Assembly (NCBI RefSeq): GCF_001447785.1
Contig: NW_015167630.1
Span: 82,560-146,559, forward strand
Origin: Gekko japonicus
Taxonomy: Eukaryota
Direction: 5' to 3'
DNA: 64,000 nt
Positions 12,310 through 24,190 of the stretch are shown here, one piece after another. The notes beneath the pieces were generated by a model. The model saw only the letters and a list, made by a program, of their open reading frames with translations. It was not told the DNA's origin and ran no database searches. Numbering within the stretch: position 1 is the stretch's first letter; each line of letters opens with the position of its first letter. The position numbers were made by a program, and so were the translations under genes.

Positions 12310-14199
12310 GTAAGTAAAAGATGATCAGAGACACCTTCATCTGCTTCTCTGTATCCAAGGGGTATTCAGGCAGATGTGTTTCTTCAGCAGTATCCCCATT
12401 TGTCCCTTGTCAGGCCACACAGCATGCCAAAATTATTTGAAACTGAAAAGGCTTTAAAGAAACAACAGCAACAACAACATGTCACGAAAATGCTGTTGAC
12501 AAAGTTCAAAAGTCCTTCTGTCCTCAGAAGACACACGTACCCTAGGCAAGTGTCAGTCTGAATATGGCCTGTTTTCCAGTTTGAGCCCATGTCCAGGCAA
12601 CAACATCCTGAGTGTAAGGAAGCTGCCTTCCTTCTGCCCTCTCTCATCCTGTTTGACGATGGTGAGTGTCGAAGGGCATGGTGTTCTGTAGCTGAGTGAC
12701 AGCCACCTCGAATGCCTTTCTTTGTACCCTGGCTGCCCTAGTTTGGCACATGTATTGTAAGCGAAGTATTCTTTGCCATGTTAGAACTCATGATAAAACA
12801 CAAGGGAGGATGCGGTATCTTCAGTGCGCTGAGCACAGTCCATTTATGATCATCCTCTTGAGCTATATCTGGAAGAACACTGAAATGCTTGTGTGATGTG
12901 CCCAGCGATGCATTGCTGTCAGAAGGCAAGGTTGCGCCAGCTCATGTTTCCATGCAGTCATCAAAGGAAATCTCATGAGCAGTGATTTTGGTCCCTTTTG
13001 CCATCTCACGAGTATATAAATGGTGAGAACACCCTTTTGTAGGGGCTTTAATAAAGTAGTTAGATTACACGCACAGCTGTTGACAGCAGTAATATTTTGT
13101 GCTCATGCAGCAGCATTCCACGGGGATGAAACAACCATGAAACTTGTGTATGTGCACGCATTTGTGCATTTTGTGTTGCTACAATAAACTTGGGGAATAA
13201 GAGTTTTATACAGTGAAAATTCAGTTTTTTTATTGTTGCTGGAACATTTCTAATAATCTTTGAAGAACTCATTATTTCTCCCTGTAATCCTATTTGGAGG
13301 TTTAATAATTTTAAATACCGTGAGCTGAAATCTAGTATTCTAAATGAAAACCTGAACACAACTTTTGTGTGTGCTTGCATGCAAATGATGGTTTAAATAT
13401 AGAAATCCTCGTTTTTGTTTGCTTTTGGAAGACTAAGAAGGGGAGTCTAAAAACTAGTGGGCATTTTGTCTTAAATTAAAAGGGCCATCAGAAAATATCA
13501 GGCCTTTGAGAAAGTGGATCAATTAACAACAATAGTTTTCCTAGGACCAGTTAACTCAGATCCATACTAGGGCCCTTTAGCACTCTTATTCCAGTAATAT
13601 TTCATGCATTCTACATTCCCATAAAAATCCAGTAATGCTTGTCACCGTGGGCTAGATCTTATTGTGTTTACTTAGAAGTAAGCCCGGTTTGGTTAAAGTG
13701 TTATTTCTCTCTGCTATTTTCCTTTTCTTCCTTTTTATTTTATAGCATAATGAATCACTTTTTTTTTTATCTTGTTCATGGCATTCCTGAGTCAGTCATT
13801 AACTACCAGTTCTTATAGGAATGGGGTAGCAATTAAGTAATGCTTTTTATTTGGCAGCCAAAAGCATTATAATTTTTAATTTTTATTTTTGTGATTTTGT
13901 GTGTACATAATTGCTCTATTATAATCTTAAACAATTACAAACCAATCATGAATGGTGGCTTTGGGCATGATTTGAAAAGCAGTGGATTCCTACGCTCCTG
14001 CCCAGCCCACACACACAAACAGGAACCTATAAGTAGTTCTGTGAGTGCTTTAGATCGTCATGAGAGAATGGGTATTAATTGGTTAAGTCAGAAGTAGGAG
14101 AAAAGGTTTATGTAAAACATTTGCATGCCATCTTTCTGCCCAGCTTAGGTCCCCCAATGTGGAGAACAATCAAAATGATGTTAAAATATAGATAAATAT

Positions 14200-14889
14200 T
14201 GTGGCCAGAGGGGTCAGCGAAGGCCAAAGGAGGCCCCACTACTGGATGAAAAGCAGCATAGCTGCTCCAGTACAGGGTGGGGCACTACTTGGGAAGGCAG
14301 TAGCAGCCTGCTGGCCCCAGCCAGAGAGGGTGTGCGCCACCTGCAGGAGAGTCTCCCCCCCCCACCAGGCAGTGACTGAGCATCGAAGCAGGGGCACAAT
14401 GGGACAGTGAGGGCCTCTGGCTAGCCATATGCAAACTCAGCTGGGGTTGGGGCCAAGCAAGGAAGGGATTAAGAGAAGAAGGTCTCAGGGACGGAAGGGT
14501 GGTACTGGACTTGGCCAGCATGGGTGGAGCCCCAGGGATAGAACAGGAGATGTCAGGAGAGAAAGGCTTGCTGGCTGGGAGAGGCTGAGAAGGCACAAAG
14601 AAGGGAGGAAGAGGAACCCAAAGGAGGAGCCGGGGGCCTTGGGCAAGTTAAGCTAACCAGACCTGGGGAGTCCTGGTGGAACGGCCCCACAGAAGAGGTG
14701 CAGCTCAGCCCCATGAGGTTTTAAAGGTGCAAAGCAGGTGAGTGAAGGAGAGTGCACTTGTGTGGATATCTGTGTGGACTTTGCTCATTGTAATAAAGAG
14801 AACCTCAAGGAGCCCCACTGAGTCTGGGAGAGTCTCTGCTGCCCATGGAACATACTTATGATGTCCCCCTGCCCCTTGGTGGGACCACA
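14200..14889 (+). mobile_element. Solo LTR (690 bp), apparently inserted in the 3' end of an L2
   Basis: TGTGG...CCACA termini, perfect 5-bp TSD aatat (14195-14199 / 14890-14894), AATAAA near 14792. Confidence 0.85.
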
Positions 14890-14894
14890 AATAT

Positions 14895-15660
14895 ATAAAA
14901 AACATTTAAAACCAATAAAACATAGACACACAAACAGGGAGGAGGGCCAATCAGAGGTAGTGAGGGAATGCCAAACAAAACAAAGAGGTCTTCACCCTCT
15001 GGTGGAAGACAATGGTAGAGAAAGACAGACAAATCTCCTTGGGGAGAGAGTTCTAGAGTTTTGGTGCCATGACCAAGAGGGCCCTTTCTCAAGTTGCCAC
15101 CCATCTAGATACTACCAATGCATGTACCACAGTGGCAAGATTTTTTTCTGCCCAGGAAGGATTGCAGCTGACTCACTATCCGAAGCTGCTGAAAGGCATC
15201 TGTGGACACGGCTGCCACTTGTTTCTCCAGCAGAAGGCCCAAGGTCAGCAGCATCATAAGCAACAAACCTGCTCCTTTAGGAGAAGCACAACACTTTCCA
15301 AAACGAGAGATACCTCAGTTCCTGGGTCAGTATTTCCACCCCCCCAGTAGCACCTCTGTTTGTCAGGATTAAGTTTCAGCTGGGGAGCCCCCATCCTTCC
15401 CAAAATGGCCTCCACAGCCTCCCTGAACAGTTCCCTGAATGACCTCTCCCTGCAGTGTCATATATATGCTAAAATGCATGGGGGATAAGATTGATCCTTG
15501 TGATACCCTGTAGGCAAGGGGCCAAGCAGCATTCCTCAAGCGCCACACTCTGAAACTTACCTTCAAGGTAAGACCAAAACTACTACAGAACATCCCCAAA
15601 CCTGAAAGGCAGTTCAGAAGGCTACCATTATTGATGGTATCAGATGCTACCAAGAGGTTC
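14895..15660 (-). mobile_element. L2 LINE 3' fragment with internal deletions
   Basis: Minus-strand peptide WPLAYRVSQGSILSPMHFSIYM (RT QGS motif) and further L2-like ORF2 remnants. Confidence 0.7.
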
Positions 15661-16549
15661 AAGAGACAGGAAGCCTGAGAGACTATAATAGTTTTGACTG
15701 TCTGTACTGGACAGCCTTGGCATTGCAATTGCTTTTCAAGTTAAAGGGGGGAAGTCACCACTAAACAAGTCTTTTAAAAACCAGGAGAACAGCAAAGAAA
15801 ACACTGAAATGCAATTAATTACCAACATCATTGTCTAAATTCTCCATTTAAACTGAATGAATGATGGCAGTTGTGGACTATAAACCCCTAGTATGAAAGC
15901 AGCCACTGCTCAACTATGACAAGCTCAGTTATAATATAGGTTGCATGTGTTAGAATAGATATTTAAGGCTATGATCATAAGTATGATTTCTATAGCTGGA
16001 GAGGAAAGTAGCACTTTGACTAGGTGACTTTTCTAAAATAAGATATATATCCTGATTAAAGGCTGTCATTACCTTTAATGAAATTGTACTTTAATCCAAA
16101 CGAGATATCAGTCTCTTCCAGACAGTTTCCAGACGCTGATATCTGGTTAAAAATACTCTATCCTGGGGGGAAAACACAAATTGCCATAATACGGTTTATT
16201 TAACAAAGATTAGTGAAATTGTTTAAAAGTAGCATAAATATGGAAATGTTAACTTTTCCCCCAGGGATGATTTTTAAAAAAGACTCAAGAACCGTATATT
16301 TCTATAGAATATCTATTACTCATATTTACTCCAAAGGAAGATGACCCTGAATGTAAGATGACCTCCCCTCCAAGTTATACACAGAAAACATTTATTACTG
16401 GACCTAACTGTAACTTGTATGCAAATGTAAGAGGACCCCTTTTTCTTTCGGATGGTATACCAGGGGTGGGGAGAAACCTAGTCTTACATTTGGGTAGATG
16501 CAGTAGTTTAGAAAATGAATGACACTGCATCACTGCATGTCTAGTTTCA

Positions 16550-16716
16550 GAGAGCAGCCATGGTGGTCTGCTGTAAAACAGTCCAGTAGCTCCTTAGAGA
16601 CCAACAAGATTTTCGGAGTATAAGTTTTCAAGACTCAAAGCTCCCTTGAAAGCTTAGACTCTGAAACTCTTTTTGGTCTCTAAGGTGCTACTGGGCTCAG
16701 ATCTAACTGTTCTACT
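16550..16716. mobile_element. Penelope-like palindromic remnant
   Basis: Inverted arms ccagtagctccttagagaccaa / ttggtctctaaggtgctactgg around gaaagctt; same family as 29545, 56201, 60921 and 63052. Confidence 0.7.
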
Positions 16717-19071
16717 CCATGTTTTGGGAGCACAAACTGGGTCATTTTAAGTTTCTGTTTGCACTTCGGCACTTACTGTTTAACGAGGATGATTTGTGTT
16801 AAAAAGCATTTGCCATCACACTAAACAAGTTGCTCTGAGGCTGATATTTTCCTCTTGTGCCCTTTGCTGTGAGCAAAACTGTTTTGGGTTTTTTCTAGCT
16901 TTCGAAGATGTCTGCTTATTTTCTTGAAGATTAATCTAGCAAATGGGCCACACGTTTGGCAGGATGAGCCCTTTTCAAACAATGTGACAAAGAGGATCCC
17001 CTGTGAGGAGGGCTGTAACTCTTGCCCTTCCTTATCTATTTGTTGATCCCGAAATGATAGGACAAACTCAGCTTCCAAACCAAAATGATAGACGAACAGA
17101 GTGGTGGCACTCATGGAGTGGTGGCACTCATCCTTCCCAAGCCTTTGAGCACACCTGAAGTCACTCTCTGAGTCCTTGCCATTACAGATATGGATAAGAG
17201 GAAGAAACATCCTCATTCAAAGCATTTTAAAAGGCCAATTTTTGAAACAGTTAAACAAAAAGAAGCAACCTTGTAGGAGCTTGGAACAGCCACACTTTCT
17301 TTGGCGGTTATTGTGGCAGATTTCATTTGCGACGTTGCTATAAATGCATAAATCTTTCTCTCCCTGCTTTTTTGGCCCAAGTTTTATTGTGCGGTTACAA
17401 TGTGCCATAAATACTTCTGTTAACATTTCATTTATCCTATCCTTAACCAAAATCTTATTTTAATATGTAAAATAAATTCTGTTCTTTGCTCCCCCCACAT
17501 TCCTCATCTGGGAAGTTAATTTCCTTCGTTCCTCTTGGAGCTGCTTATGAAGGGCATCAGTGCAACCTAGTGGAGAGCTGAGACACCAGCATTTGCATGT
17601 CTCGAATGTTTGTATTGACAAACGGGTAGTCTGTTATTGACATCTGTGTCCCTTGGCAATACTTCTATCCCAGCTTACCCTTGCTGGTCAAATGCCTTAA
17701 TTGTTCTGGCCTTTAATTCAGTCAAAGTTGGAGCAGGATTGGAAGAGAGAAGAGAAGGCACGGGGTCTAACTGAGCATCAAGCCGGAGCTGCAAAACTGC
17801 TGGCAACGATCAGCCTGTCATAATGTTATGATTTGTTCATTTTTATACCATTTATTAGCCTTTCCTTGTTGTGCCATTTGGCCTCCAGGGCAGATAAAGT
17901 TCTGTCTAATTTGGGAGGTTTGCTGCTGTCAGANNNNNNNNNNNNNNNNNNNNNNNNNNNNNNNNNNNNNNNNNNNNNNNNNNNNNNNNNNNNNNNNNNN
18001 NNNNNNNNNNNNNNNNNNNNNNNNNNNNNNNNNNNNNNNNNNNNNNNNNNNNNNNNNNNNNNNNNNNNNNNNNTACAAGCCTGTCAGCTCTGTGAAGCTG
18101 TCAAATGTCAGCCTTATTCATACTGCAAAGGAGGTGGATGGTTGGCTTTCACAGCTTGGGGGCGAAGTCATGCCGCAGCTTTTGAAAATGTAATAGAGGA
18201 GAAAAATAAAATAGGCTAATGCATGCTCTGCCCTCTCTTTTTGTGTGTGTATGTTTAATTATATGTCCATGTAGTTAATGAACCTGCATAACTTTAAATG
18301 TTACTTTTTCCCCCCCTTTGCGGGGAAGTCTGCTGACAACATAATACCCGTTCAGGCTGGTTATTTATGTCCTGAGTTCGAGCAATTTAACTACTCAGAT
18401 GGGGCTTATAAATGTGAAAGATTCCAACTTGCAAGATAGTCAACAGCCATAAAGGAGACAAATGTCCTAGGAAGAAAACAATAACGGAAAGATTTCTTTA
18501 AAGCCGATGGTTGCTGCTGACAGCTAGCAGTGACTGCGCAGACCCTTAACTGGAATTAACTGTGATGTGCTAATGCAAGGCTCACCCAGAATTCACTATT
18601 GCATTGTTTTGGGAAGCGTGAGAAAGTGTGTCCCTGTTCTTTTGGTATTATTTGAAGAAAGATTTATTTTTGTTCTTGTGGAGTCCAATCTGTGCAAAGT
18701 TAATAAAGAAATAATCTGCTGAGGAAAAATGGCTTAATAGGTTTATGATTAGAATGTTTAACTTAATAGCTCACAGGATTAGATTTTTTAATGAGCTCTA
18801 ACTTCTTCAATTTAAAAGGTATTAAGGTGTTTTTCTCAATATCCATCTTTTATTTAGTCTGCACCTGCCATGTCCATTTCAGCCCTAAATTACTGGCCGG
18901 CAGGGAAGTGGCAACTTCTGTGATGTTCTTCCCAGCTCTTCTCTCCCTCATTAGCAGCCTAATACCGGGTAGTACACTTGTGGTATGGTCCTTCCAGTGG
19001 TACAGGACTGTACCATATCCAAATGCAAGTGTAGGGTTGTCTGAATGCTTCTTCATGACTTATGTATGTTG

Positions 19072-19277
19072 CAATGCTCCCTCTAAGCTGTGGAGTCTTC
19101 TGAGCAAAAATTCTACTTTGTGAGCTACTGGCATTAAAGTTGTGAGCGAGCCATTTGACTACTGCATAAATTAGTTTGCTCTGGAGCCATCCTTCCTGAG
19201 CTAAGACAAAAATGTGTGAGGCGGAGGCTAAAAAACTGTGAGCTAGCTCACACTAACTCAGCTTAGAGGGAACACTG
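19072..19277. mobile_element. hAT MITE
   Basis: 19-bp TIRs caatgctccctctaagctg / cagcttagagggaacactg; perfect 8-bp TSD gtatgttg. Confidence 0.9.
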
Positions 19278-20552
19278 GTATGTTGCTGTCTAAGAGTGGA
19301 TCAGTAAAATCTTCCACTGCATTAAGGTTTCAAGATCATGTAGAAATTTTCCTATAATCTGCCATTTTATTAGCGTTTCGGAATTCAAATACCTGTTGTG
19401 TGACAAAGTCCATGCAATTAGTCTGAGTATTTCCATGTAAAGGCATATTTTTGAATTACTTACCTGTAGGTCAGTGCAACCTCCTTTAAAAACATGAGAC
19501 ATATATAAAAATAGTTTAGTACCCTTTAAAAATAGTGACCAGCATTTTTTACTGGACCTGGAACCAAATTGACAGTCACTGTAGTTCTTTCAAAACTGGT
19601 CAGCTACATTCCCTACCACAGTGACCTTTATATTTTTATGGATTTACTTAAAATATATTTTCATCCTTTTCTGTTGCAAAGTGGGCCTCAAAGTGGCTTA
19701 CAAATTTACAAACACAAACAGCAATCCAAACTCTCAGTACAATAACAAGACAAAGGAAAAGTCCCTCTGTTACTACATACAGATTTTCCTGTTACAAATC
19801 AGGAAATTTGTACTGTTTGTAGAATGTCAGAAGCGTGTATGTACAAGTTAACTTGAGTGACAGAAGGGGGAGGAAAAGATGTCTACCAGTGAAGATGGCA
19901 TGCTAGCAAACAAAAGAGTGGGCGTGGGGGAAATCAAAGGTTCTCCTTGTGTAGACACACTTCATATGTTGTATATAGATTTTTTTAAATAGGCATGAGG
20001 GACTAAAATTAGGACTGCTTTAGAAATGTCACTATGAAACCATCAATGGGTGTTGTCTCTTTTTATGCACACATTTAAAGAATGGGATTGCAGTGGATGA
20101 GAAAACTACTTGTGTCGTCTGTGGCCCTAACAGATGCTTTGTGAGCAAGGTTCTAGGAGTGTCTTAGGGCACCACTGGGAGACTTTACACTCAGGACTCC
20201 TGTGGTGCCTTTAGTTTGAGCCTTCGCCTGTAGACAGGATCTGTCCCATTCTCATTCAGTGTAACATCAGCACTTTGAATTGTGCCCTGAAACCGTCTTC
20301 AGGTCAACGTAGCTATTGGACCATTGGCAATGTGAGTCCATTGTTGCATAGCCTGCCCACTCCGTTTTGGAGCAGCTGAGTTTCTGAAGACTTTTCAACG
20401 GCCTCTCACTAGATCCAGTGATCTAGTCTGGACATTGCTGAGACAAGGACATCCTTTTCCAGGCGCGGTTTCACTTAAGGACCACCCAGATTCTTATACG
20501 CTTAAACGAATTTATCGCTTGACAGCTACCAGTACCAGTAACTTTTGTTTAG

Positions 20553-20623
20553 TATCACAGATCTAGTCAAAGTGCCATCAAAAGTTCTATCACAGATCTA
20601 GTCAAAGTGCCATCAAAAGTTCT
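20553..20623. repeat. 35-bp perfect tandem duplication
   Basis: tatcacagatctagtcaaagtgccatcaaaagttc x2. Confidence 0.95.
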
Positions 20624-20989
20624 GATTGTCTTCCAACTTCTGGATTGGGAAATAACTGGAGATTTTGGGGGGTGGAGCCTAGGGAGGGAGAGAGTATAAT
20701 GCTATAGAGGCCATCCTCCGTAGCAGCCGTTTTCTCCAAGGGAACTGATCTTGGTCATCTGGAGATCAGTTTAACAGCGGGAGATCTCCAGGTGCCACCT
20801 ATAGCTTCATGTTGTCTTACCTTAGCATTTATTAGTGGTGTTCCAAAAATGCCTTTACTTTTGTAACAGAGTCAATCTTTTGCTTCTTTTCTTTGTAGTT
20901 GAAGATAATTCCTTCTGGAGTTATCCATCTGTAGGGGGTGGAGTTTTTACACTAAGACAGTGTTCAGTTGAGATCAGAAGATTCGCCAT

Positions 20990-21135
20990 CTTTTAATAGA
21001 AGTTGTATGATTTTATATTGATTGACAGTTTTAATGGAATTTTAATGTATTTTTATATATGTTGTTAGCCGCCCTAAGTCTGCCGAATGGCGGGGAGGGC
21101 GGGATATAAATGTAAATATAAATAAATAAATAAAA
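20990..21135 (+). mobile_element. L2 LINE 3' tail
   Basis: ttgttagccgccct...gagggcgggatataaat followed by (TAAA)n. Confidence 0.7.
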
Positions 21136-21754
21136 ATTAGTGCCTACAGCACCAAGGTCCCCTTGATCAATTATTTTTGTCAGAACCTGAGAGCCTTTTC
21201 CTGTATACGCAACTGAGTTCTTCAGGCTGACAGTCAAGTAAAATGTTGCTGCATTTGTGAAAAAAAATTAAATGTTCTGTCTTTTTATAGTAAGGTGGCC
21301 TATATATTGATGTTTGGGTGACAGGGGAATAGTGAATACCGTTTTGGTTACTTCATTTGAAATAAATTAGTTCTATAGTGTTCCACAAAGTAAATGCTCG
21401 CCCATCCAACGATCATTCTGAAAGAGAAAATCAGCCTGCTGGATTGTTGAGGAGTTTTCTATCATGTGCCTGACACTTCCTTAATCTGATACTCAAGCTG
21501 GTCATTTGAATCAATACTAAGCCAGATAGGATGTCTTCAGCCTGCAGTGCTATGACTATAAAAGGTATTTGAAAATAAATTCTGTTTTTATGGTGCTGCC
21601 ACAAGCTCTGGAGGTGCTAATTTGTCACTTGTCTCTCTGTGTGTCTGTAAAAACGTTGCTGAATGAATGGTCACTTATGAGGCAGACAAGATCTGTGAGT
21701 GAGTTTTGAGGTTTCAAGAAAGCTGGTTTTGTGTGTGAAGACTAGCTGATCTCT

Positions 21755-21960
21755 ATGTCCCAGTGTGGTGTTAAACTAGGACCTGGGAGAGCCAGGTTCA
21801 TATTGATGCTCTGCCATGAAAGCTTGCTGGGCGACCTTGGGCCAGTCACATACTCCCGGCCTAACCTACCTCACAGGGTTGTTGTGTGGATAAATATGGA
21901 AGAGAGGGGAATGAATGTACTATTTGGGGTACCCACTAAAGAGAAAGGTGAGCTAGAAAC
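21755..21960 (+). mobile_element. Old MIR/Squam3-related SINE
   Basis: cagtgtggtg head and core cctaacctacctcacagggttgttgtg. Confidence 0.6.
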
Positions 21961-23009
21961 GAAGGAAGTAGTAATAATACTTTGTAGTTTGGTCTTTTTC
22001 AGCGACTACAGATATTTGGATTGACAAAATGCAATTCTAATATAAAAGTAACCCTTATTGAGGAAGCCATCCCCCTTCCCCTTTGTCTATGATGGAAGAG
22101 ATTTACTGTAGGTAGTTGAAAGTACTTAATAGACCTGTCAGAAGCCCACAGACACCTGAAAACGCTTTTTATTTGATACAATTTATATAACACCTTCCTG
22201 CCACTGCTTTCAAAATGGTTTAAAATACAAAATAACTGGTTACAGGCTAATACATGCAACACAAAAGGAAGAGGAAAACAAGCAAATTCAGATACCAACA
22301 GTCCTGTGTAGAGTTATTCCAGGCTAAGCTCCTTGAGATCAATAGCAACTCTGCGTAGGAGTGCATTGCAAGATAACTTACAGTGCTGTCCAAACAAAGT
22401 TATCATCATATGTCTAATAGCCAGGTGTGTGTCTATCTGTGGATACATAAAGTTTGTGGGACCTTTCAAGATTGTCTGTGATGACAATGGGGAGGGCAGG
22501 AACCACTCTGGGCTTGCTGGTCATTGGCAGTGGGGGGACAGGAAGCCTCAGTGGGCCCAGCAGTAGATGGCAGTAACTGCAGTGGGGTTGCGGGTGGCAG
22601 TGACATGAACAGGGAGCCCCGGGGGGTCCACAGTGCAAGGCTTTGACATCAGCAGCTTCAGATAGGTGGGAGACCCCTCCCCTCGTGAACACAGAAAACA
22701 AAAAATGGAAGGTCTACTTTGACTTTTCTTTTTGTATACCATCCTTAGATCTTATCTGTTCCTGAACGGTGTGTTATTGCTGGATTTGTGAACCCTTTTT
22801 AGGTTTTGTTGAAGTTCCCATCTGGTGTGAAAGACAGGATGCTCCTACAGTAGCTGTTGTCTCTAGAATAAACCTCATTTGTTCCCTGAGTCCAATGATG
22901 TTGCTGCCGAACTCCTGCATTCCAATCCCATCTTTTTAAAGCTCTGTTCTGACTTTGAATACGGTTGCATCATTGGTCTCTCCAGTGTGAACTAACAAAG
23001 CACTGTCCC

Positions 23010-23383
23010 TGTAATGTATCCGCCATGACCACGTGCACGACTGTTGGGCCATGCGGTCAAGCACATGTTCATAGCTTCGTACTTTTGGACAATAGCCCAA
23101 GCGGATCCTAGCCCGCACCAATCAGGGGGCCAGGTCCGCCGCCGAGAGCCTATGGGACTCTCGGCTACTGTATCAACCTATAGGTGAATTAGGGGGTGTG
23201 TTTTGGTGGCGGGTTCTGGGCATATATACCGGCCTGCGTGCCGGTGTGTCTTGTCTTGTTCTGATCTAAATAAAGTACTCTTGGCTGAATCACTCCACGT
23301 TTCCGAGTACTTTTCAGTCCCTTAGTTATGCATTGCTTGCCCTCAATTTTGTTGTTGGGCTGCAGGTACCACAGTTTGCTACA
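23010..23383 (+). mobile_element. Probable solo LTR (~374 bp)
   Basis: TGTAA...CTACA ends, TATA-like catatatacc at 23221, AATAAA near 23268, CpG-rich; flanks gtccc / (tg)gtccc. Confidence 0.6.
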
Positions 23384-23994
23384 TGGTCCCTTTACTGACA
23401 GCATATTTTTGCCTTAATTTGTTTTTGGCAAGTACAATTGCATTAATAACATTAAATAAATAATGCAACTGAACTTCAGTATTTTCCCCCTAATTTTTAA
23501 AATTGTTTTTCTGCTAAAGAGCAATTGCTTTAGTAATACAGTAATTTTAATAAAATGTTAAAGGAACCAATGGTGGGATTGCTATGACTGCAAAGATGAA
23601 ATGAGTAATTAATAGTCTTGATTGGCCAGGTGGGAACAGGAAAATTAATTAAAGGGATATATTTTTTCAATAGTTCAAGAAGTGGGAACCACTTTATATA
23701 ATAAAATAATTTGTAGTTATTTGTAGGCTGCAGTCTTAAGCACAGTTTCCAGAAACAAATGGAGCCTGTGTCTGATTCAACATTTTTAGGATTGTTTGTG
23801 GGGATGGGCACTGAGGGATTATTATGGTGAATATAGCACTATGTGAAGCATGGTTTTTATTCTGCTTTCAACTGATTGTAGAAAAGGAAGAACTTCAGTT
23901 GCTTCATAATTTAATTAGGATAATTTTTTAAAGGTGTGATTTACCTCACTCTAGCGATTGAGTTAAATACCAGAGTTTTAAAATCAAACAGGAC

Positions 23995-24190
23995 TACTCT
24001 GGGTTGGGAAATTCTGGGAGATCTGGGAAGGACAGGGTTTGGGGAGGGGAGGGTCCTCAGCGGGGTATAATGGCATAGATTCCACCCTGTAAAGCAGCCA
24101 TTTTCTCCTTGGGAAATGATCTCCATAGTCTGGAAACCAGTAGTAATTCCAGGAGATCACCAGGTCCCGCCTGGAGGTTGGCAGTCCTAA
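23995..24190. mobile_element. hAT-like MITE (TAGGGTTGCC family)
   Basis: Same body as 7475-7688; ends ggttggcagtccta. Confidence 0.6.
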
